A stretch of 16,744 bases of DNA from a virus. Its lineage: Duplodnaviria; Heunggongvirae; Uroviricota; Caudoviricetes. The stretch spans positions 1 to 16,744 of IMG/VR virus record IMGVR_UViG_2617270976_000015. One strand, given 5' to 3'. The notes beneath the pieces were generated by a model. The model ran no database searches. It saw only the letters and a list, made by a program, of their open reading frames with translations, and had not been told where the DNA came from. The position numbers were made by a program, and so were the translations under genes. Positions 15,611 to 16,744 of this stretch are shown here, one piece after another (positions within the stretch are counted from its first letter, which is position 1; every line of letters begins with the position of its first letter).

Positions 15611-15910
15611 GTGAGAAAGTTAAGCCGACTTGAAAAATATCACATGAACAAGGTTTCAATGCGCAGTCCGTCAAAGATTGTCGCCGTTACTCCTGCGGCG
15701 ATAGAGATCGAAAAACGCGCGATTGAAAGAGAGAAAAAAGGGCAGTTCCGCATTGCCGCTCACCTTTGGCTTCAGTGTATGGATGTTGCTTCTGGTGATG
15801 TTGAGCGTGCAAGGATCGCGGTTCGCAGGGACCAATGTATCACAAAAGGTAACGGCCTTCGCCGTGGCGACTATAGCGGCATAGGATGTTGTGGGGTGGT
15901 TTATGACTAA
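15611..15910 (+). CDS. PerC-like small transcriptional regulator (start uncertain: GTG 15611, ATG 15644 or ATG 15659)
   Basis: Core RIAAHLWLQCMDVASGDVERARIAVRRDQC resembles the PerC-family pattern; recollection-based. Confidence 0.4.
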   Translation: MRKLSRLEKYHMNKVSMRSPSKIVAVTPAAIEIEKRAIEREKKGQFRIAAHLWLQCMDVASGDVERARIAVRRDQCITKGNGLRRGDYSGIGCCGVVYD

Positions 15911-16553
15911 GAAATACACACTAATCTATGCAGATCCCCCCTGGGTATACCGGGACAAAGCCGCAGATGGTAATCGCGGTGCCGGTTTTAAATATCCGGT
16001 TATGAGTGTGCTGGATATCTGCCGCCTTCCTGTGTGGGATTTGGCCGATGAAAACTGTCTGTTGGCCATGTGGTGGGTGCCAACACAACCACTCGAAGCA
16101 CTAAAAGTTGTTGAAGCCTGGGGATTCCGTCTGATGACCATGAAGGGCTTCACGTGGATAAAATGTGGTAGTCGACAACCAGATAAACTGGTTATGGGTA
16201 TGGGACACATGACTCGCGGCAATAGTGAAGATTGCCTGTTTGCGGTAAAGGGAAAACTACCTACGCGCATTAATGCAGGGATCGTTCAGTCATTTACCGC
16301 ACCGCGGCTTGAGCATTCAAGAAAACCAGATATCGTTCGTGAAAAACTTGTGCAATTGTTAGGCGATGTTTCTCGCATTGAACTGTTCGCCCGCCAGTCG
16401 TCTCATGGCTTCGATGTTTGGGGTAATCAGTGCGAAGACCCGGCCGTGCAACTACACCCAGGATACGCGTTGGATATTGGCGGATTAACAAATTCATTCA
16501 GCAATGCTCCGCTGTCACCAACAGACAACCAGGGGCGGGAGCGTGCAGCATGA
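15903..16553 (+). CDS. MT-A70 family DNA N6-adenine methyltransferase
   Basis: N-terminal YADPPW (the DPPW catalytic motif) right after the ATG at 15903 (track ORF starts at GTG 15891); about 216 aa, the usual size for phage MT-A70 methylases. Confidence 0.8.
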   Translation: MTKKYTLIYADPPWVYRDKAADGNRGAGFKYPVMSVLDICRLPVWDLADENCLLAMWWVPTQPLEALKVVEAWGFRLMTMKGFTWIKCGSRQPDKLVMGMGHMTRGNSEDCLFAVKGKLPTRINAGIVQSFTAPRLEHSRKPDIVREKLVQLLGDVSRIELFARQSSHGFDVWGNQCEDPAVQLHPGYALDIGGLTNSFSNAPLSPTDNQGRERAA

Positions 16554-16744
16554 ACAGGGCATCACCAGCAGATTTAAGGAAATGCCTTGAAACTGCAAAC
16601 ATGCTTGCACACAGCGGGATCAGGTTTGTTCCTGTTCCCGCTGTCACTGATGCTGAATTTGCAACACTGTCAGCAATATTCGCAGACAAAATTGAATCAC
16701 TGGCAGCAGAAGCCGAGATGGAAGAAAATCAGCAGAATAATTAA
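16550..16744 (+). CDS. hypothetical small acidic phage protein
   Basis: ATG 16550 overlaps the methyltransferase stop (ATGA); 64 aa, ends with a TAA at the window edge; the longer track ORF from 16430 lies inside the methyltransferase gene in another frame. Confidence 0.45.
   Translation: MNRASPADLRKCLETANMLAHSGIRFVPVPAVTDAEFATLSAIFADKIESLAAEAEMEENQQNN

Noticed and set aside
15301-16689. ORFs 15301..15585 (-), 15671..15919 (-), 15926..16270 (-), 16294..16497 (-), 16498..16689 (-), and the 16430 start of the last plus-strand ORF
   Set aside because: Antisense or alternative-frame to the AlpA-like, PerC-like, methyltransferase and terminal small genes; the 16430 start lies inside the methyltransferase in another frame, so ATG 16550 is preferred.
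1-16744. CRISPR array or LexA (SOS) boxes
   Set aside because: No regularly spaced direct repeats with unique spacers. The only CTGT...ACAG-like palindrome (3573-3592) has the wrong spacing for a LexA box and is better explained as the terminator stem.

Overview
The window is a junction between a host chromosomal locus and a defective lambdoid prophage, read here as Escherichia/Shigella-type DNA from recollection of the genes, not from a search. Left part (1-3600): a partial IS1 (insA, element terminus at 331) has inserted into and truncated a MASE1/degenerate-GGDEF c-di-GMP gene (pdeF/yfgF-like, minus strand), followed by an AT-rich intergenic region and three plus-strand genes recalled as yfgG (63-aa membrane peptide), yfgH (glycine-zipper lipoprotein) and yfgI (secreted coiled-coil protein), ending in a bidirectional terminator. 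Right part (3600-16744): prophage. On the minus strand, in lambda order, lie a Cro-like gene, a small zinc-ribbon gene, an O-like initiator with internal iterons, a P-like helicase loader, four unknown nin-position genes and then a lysis cassette (two holin-like proteins, GH19-type endolysin, Rz with embedded Rz1). Between the nin-position genes and the lysis cassette sits a low-GC insert with a tailspike-like beta-helix ORF convergent on an O-antigen-type acyltransferase. On the plus strand are a repressor without a recognisable autocleavage domain, then a pL-like early operon (small ORFs, PD-(D/E)XK exonuclease, Bet/RecT annealing protein, AlpA-like regulator, PerC-like regulator, MT-A70 methyltransferase). 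No Q antiterminator, no morphogenesis genes, no tRNA and no CRISPR array were found. The most notable direct observation is a 15-bp palindromic operator motif TTACC-N5-GGTAA at three places, including an unexpected operator-promoter-operator unit downstream of the P-like gene. All homology statements rest on motifs I recognise by eye; nothing was searched.
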